The notes below the pieces were generated by a model. That model did no database searches. It was given only the letters and a program-made list of their open reading frames with translations, and had not been told where the DNA came from. Shown here piece by piece: positions 29,407 to 32,000 of a stretch of DNA of 32,000 bases. Location of the stretch: contig NC_014735.1 of assembly GCF_000172995.2 (NCBI RefSeq), forward strand, positions 30,001 through 62,000, written 5' to 3'. Each line of letters starts with the position of its first letter. The stretch's first letter is position 1. Source of the DNA: Halogeometricum borinquense DSM 11551 (lineage in GTDB: Archaea; Halobacteriota; Halobacteria; Halobacteriales; Haloferacaceae). The translations under genes were made by a program, and so were the position numbers.

Positions 29407-29940
29407 ATGAGACGTGAAAACCGAGCGGCCACCTCGCCTATCGGGGTCGTGCTGATGGTTGGAGTCGTCGTCATTCTCGCTTCTTCGCTTGCGGTGTACT
29501 TTTGGGGAGTTGCGGATGAACAAACGCCAGCGCCACAGATCAGTGTCTCACACTCGCTCGTCGAAGACGACGGCGAGCAGACAATCGCAGTCACGTTCGA
29601 TGCGGGGTCGGCAGTTCAAACCGACCAACTCTACGTCATCGGATCGAAGAAACTCGATATCGGAGGGTCGCCAGACAGTGACGCACCAGCGACCGAAGCG
29701 TACGCAAGCAAACGGGAGAAATTCACCGAATCCTCCGGTTCGAATCCACCGCAGGTTGGAATCGGTGAGACGTGGGAGGCAGCAGAAACCGTGTATCTGG
29801 ATCCGGAGGGTAGCGTAGACGGTGTGACAGTCAGTATTTACTGGAACACCCAGCCAGTTCAGGGAGTAAATCCCGGCACGGTGGAAGGAGCAGAGGCGTA
29901 CAAAATCGCGGAGTTCACAGTATCAACCGCTCACGACTGA
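29407..29940 (+). CDS. Archaeal type IV pilin-like protein (class III signal peptide, DUF1628-type N-terminus)
   Basis: N-terminus MRRENRAATSPIGVVLMVGVVVILASSLAVYFWGV matches the archaeal prepilin consensus (basic n-region, A/G-T/S-P-(V)IG, hydrophobic helix). TATA-like ATACTATTATGC lies about 28 nt upstream of the ATG. Confidence 0.75.
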   Translation: MRRENRAATSPIGVVLMVGVVVILASSLAVYFWGVADEQTPAPQISVSHSLVEDDGEQTIAVTFDAGSAVQTDQLYVIGSKKLDIGGSPDSDAPATEAYASKREKFTESSGSNPPQVGIGETWEAAETVYLDPEGSVDGVTVSIYWNTQPVQGVNPGTVEGAEAYKIAEFTVSTAHD

Positions 29941-30034
29941 ACTCATTAGATGCCGGCGGCGGTGCCCATGCCTAGAGGAAATATTTCTGTCAACATAACA
30001 TAAAGAATTACTATGAGACACTTGAAGGCCACGT

Positions 30035-30475
30035 ATGGCCATGCGAATTACCTCCCGGGTTCGAAAGGTCGAACTCGCTCTCTCAGTCACGAGCCTCGTG
30101 ACAATCGTCGTACTGTCGGCTATCCCTCCGATACACCTCTCTAGCCTATCAAGTACAGTGGTCGGCAGAGCAATCGCATTCGTAATCTGGATGGTGCCAC
30201 TGGCACTCAGCGCTGTCGTGCTGTATCGAGTAAGAGCAAGCAAGCGGAGCAGGAGCACATACGTCATCGGGGGACTCAGTGTGCTAACGGCCGCCCTCAT
30301 ACTGCTGGATACGCAAACGGTGATCGTTTCGGAAGGCTTCCTGACGCACAGCGGGACAGGGGCGTTCTCTCGGCCACTGATTGCAGTCGTCGCTGGGTCG
30401 CTGCTTGCAACTGCGGTAGTGATCAAGGAGTTAGTCAGTCAGGCGGCCGACCAACAGTCAGCACAAACGTCGTAG
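30035..30475 (+). CDS. Hypothetical integral membrane protein (about 4 TM segments)
   Basis: Four hydrophobic stretches separated by short basic loops (RVRASKRSRS). No recognisable family. Confidence 0.5.
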   Translation: MAMRITSRVRKVELALSVTSLVTIVVLSAIPPIHLSSLSSTVVGRAIAFVIWMVPLALSAVVLYRVRASKRSRSTYVIGGLSVLTAALILLDTQTVIVSEGFLTHSGTGAFSRPLIAVVAGSLLATAVVIKELVSQAADQQSAQTS

Positions 30476-30487
30476 AAAGCGGAGTAG

Positions 30488-30883
30488 CTACAGGTCGTGG
30501 GTCTCGGTCTCCCCGTGAGCGGTGATACGGACTTCATCGACGGTGAAATTCGCGTCATCGAGTCCGTGAACGGTTCCGTCAACGTTCTTCGTCAGATCGA
30601 ATTTAGTCCGAGACGGCACGTAGACGAGATACGCCGTCTGGTTATAGTTCATCGTAGAAAGTTCAGTGAAAGTCACGTACCCTCCATCGACGACTACTTT
30701 TCCGCCCTTCGGGAGCGTTCCATCTTCCGGCGGAGTGATCGCAATGACGCGGGATTGCGAATCATTCACTGTGACCGACTCCATGGCGACATCGTATCGG
30801 GCACCGGAATCAGTTGGGAGGGCACTACAACCGGAGAGAACGACGAAGGCGACTATCGCAAAGTGTAGTTTTCTCGATCCCAT
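30488..30883 (-). CDS. Hypothetical secreted lipoprotein
   Basis: The signal peptide with lipobox MGSRKLHFAIVAFVVLSGCS favours the ATG at 30883 (the listed ORF starts at 30910). The mature part is acidic and looks beta-rich. No recognisable family. Confidence 0.5.
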   Translation of the reverse strand: MGSRKLHFAIVAFVVLSGCSALPTDSGARYDVAMESVTVNDSQSRVIAITPPEDGTLPKGGKVVVDGGYVTFTELSTMNYNQTAYLVYVPSRTKFDLTKNVDGTVHGLDDANFTVDEVRITAHGETETHDL

Positions 30884-31660
30884 TACCGTATCGTGTTCAG
30901 AGAAGAACAAGTTCTTTATGGCATCTGTTCAGTCAAGTCTGGACGGAAAACGGCTACTGCCGGATACGTTTGCAGAGAGTATCGGTCAATATCAGAATGG
31001 GAGTCGAGACAGGAGACAGAGAGACTGTTCGGGTTGCATACGTCGGGTTCACGAAAGAGTACGCACCGGTTAGTATCAACGGAAACGCCACAGTAGATTA
31101 GCGGATATCGTCTGGTCACACACCCCAAATAAACTGACACTTTGTCCGAGAGACATCGAAATCATGCCGGGAGTTCAAACAAACAACACCGTCTAGCAGA
31201 AGCTCTTCCGGGAATGAAAATCGAAGGACAGAGACGCGAAGCGGATAGAGAAATCAAGTGTAGTGTATGAATGTGGTTCCGGAAAGATAGACGTGTGAGA
31301 AACCAGTATATAATATTACTATAACACCGATAGCGCTGTAATACTGAGGTCTTTGTGGGCTCTGAGAGCGCTGTTGAGCGTACAAAACGGCGTGTATCGG
31401 TGCAGAGAGAACGCGCCCCGAGGATTCCGGTTCTATTCAGAATCTACGAATAGGTAGCAACCAATACCTGTATCTTTCGGTTGTTTGGCTAGATATTCGA
31501 GCAGATGAAATCAAAGTGTCGAAAGAAGACTCCAGATAGATGATATGTGAGTTCGTGTCTGCATTCATTACAGACGGTACAGTGACGACGGACTCCGGAA
31601 ACGTGACCGCGAGACGAATAAAAGAAAGACCTTTTGTGTAATCCAATTGTCCTTTTCGGC

Positions 31661-32000
31661 ATGCAGTGGTCCCCACTTGCACGCAGCGAATGCCGAACAG
31701 TCCTCACCTCCAAAGGGGCATGGATACTTGCGGTTCTCATCGTCCTCAAGGGGTTTTCACCTACGTATACCGGATGGGGCGCGGTCGGGCAGAATATCAC
31801 CATCGGCTATATCCAAATCGGAGTCAGTCTGTTCCTCCCAATTGGTGTGCTGTTACTTACTTACCAGTCGCTTATTAGTGAACGAACGTCAGGGAGCATC
31901 AAATTCCTCCTCGCGTTACCGATAACACGTGCGCAACTCCTTTTTGGAAAGGTAGCCGGAAGGTTTGCGGCTATCGGCGCATCGATACTCGCGGCGATAC
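31661..32000 (+). CDS. ABC-2 type transporter permease (NosY-like), N-terminal fragment running off the window
   Basis: This ORF is not in the supplied track because no stop is reached. My translation from the ATG at 31661 is MQWSPLARSECRTVLTSKGAWILAVLIVL...IQIGVSLFLPIGVLLLTYQSLISERTSGSIKFLLALPITRAQLLFGKVAGRFAAIGASILAAI. The SERTSGSIKFLLALPITR..LFGK block is characteristic of ABC-2/NosY-type permeases. Confidence 0.7.
   Translation, partial: MQWSPLARSECRTVLTSKGAWILAVLIVLKGFSPTYTGWGAVGQNITIGYIQIGVSLFLPIGVLLLTYQSLISERTSGSIKFLLALPITRAQLLFGKVAGRFAAIGASILAAI

Noticed and set aside
31540-31641. 33-codon ORF (MICEFVSAFITDGTVTTDSGNVTARRIKERPFV) just upstream of the ABC-2 permease gene, and ORFs 30893..31096, 30916..31140, 31437..31682 and 31489..31803.
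   Set aside because: They are too short or compositionally unconvincing, and the last two overlap the better-supported permease start on the opposite strand. No evidence beyond an open frame.

Overview
This 32-kb window looks like it comes from a halophilic archaeon (class Halobacteria). The proteins are strongly acidic. All four solute-binding proteins carry a twin-arginine signal peptide plus a lipobox Cys. There is an Htr-type transducer with two HAMP domains. Intergenic DNA is much AT-richer than coding DNA, and several genes have a TATA-like element about 25-30 nt upstream of the start codon, as expected for leaderless transcripts.

Gene content from left to right:
- The 3' end of an acyl-CoA carboxylase carboxyltransferase gene, followed by a small acidic 'acc operon' protein.
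- A ~2-kb stretch with no credible gene: a GC-normal 350 bp followed by a 1.65-kb AT-rich desert.
- Two tandem, co-oriented five-gene Dpp/Opp-type ABC importer operons on the minus strand.
- A divergent IclR regulator.
- A translationally coupled AidB-like acyl-CoA dehydrogenase and AMP-forming acyl-CoA ligase pair, with its own divergent IclR regulator.
- A sensory locus made of two divergently transcribed 'orphan binding protein + membrane sensor' modules. One is a sugar-type SBP followed by a dCache/HAMP/PAS histidine kinase. The other is a LivJ-type SBP overlapping a BasT-like methyl-accepting transducer.
- A lone archaeal type IV pilin-like gene, two small envelope proteins, and the 5' end of an ABC-2 permease.

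I found no rRNA, tRNA, CRISPR array, transposase, integrase or recognisable defence genes.

The most interesting candidate is the SBP-histidine kinase module. Its sensor domain is a paralog of the neighbouring binding-protein-dependent chemoreceptor, which suggests a binding-protein-dependent two-component sensor. Secondary oddities are a ~100-aa insertion that splits the C-terminal Cys/His motif of one OppF-type ATPase, a codon-diverged but peptide-identical SQSERRS repeat, and the AT-rich gene desert. All functional calls come from motif recognition by eye; no database search was possible.
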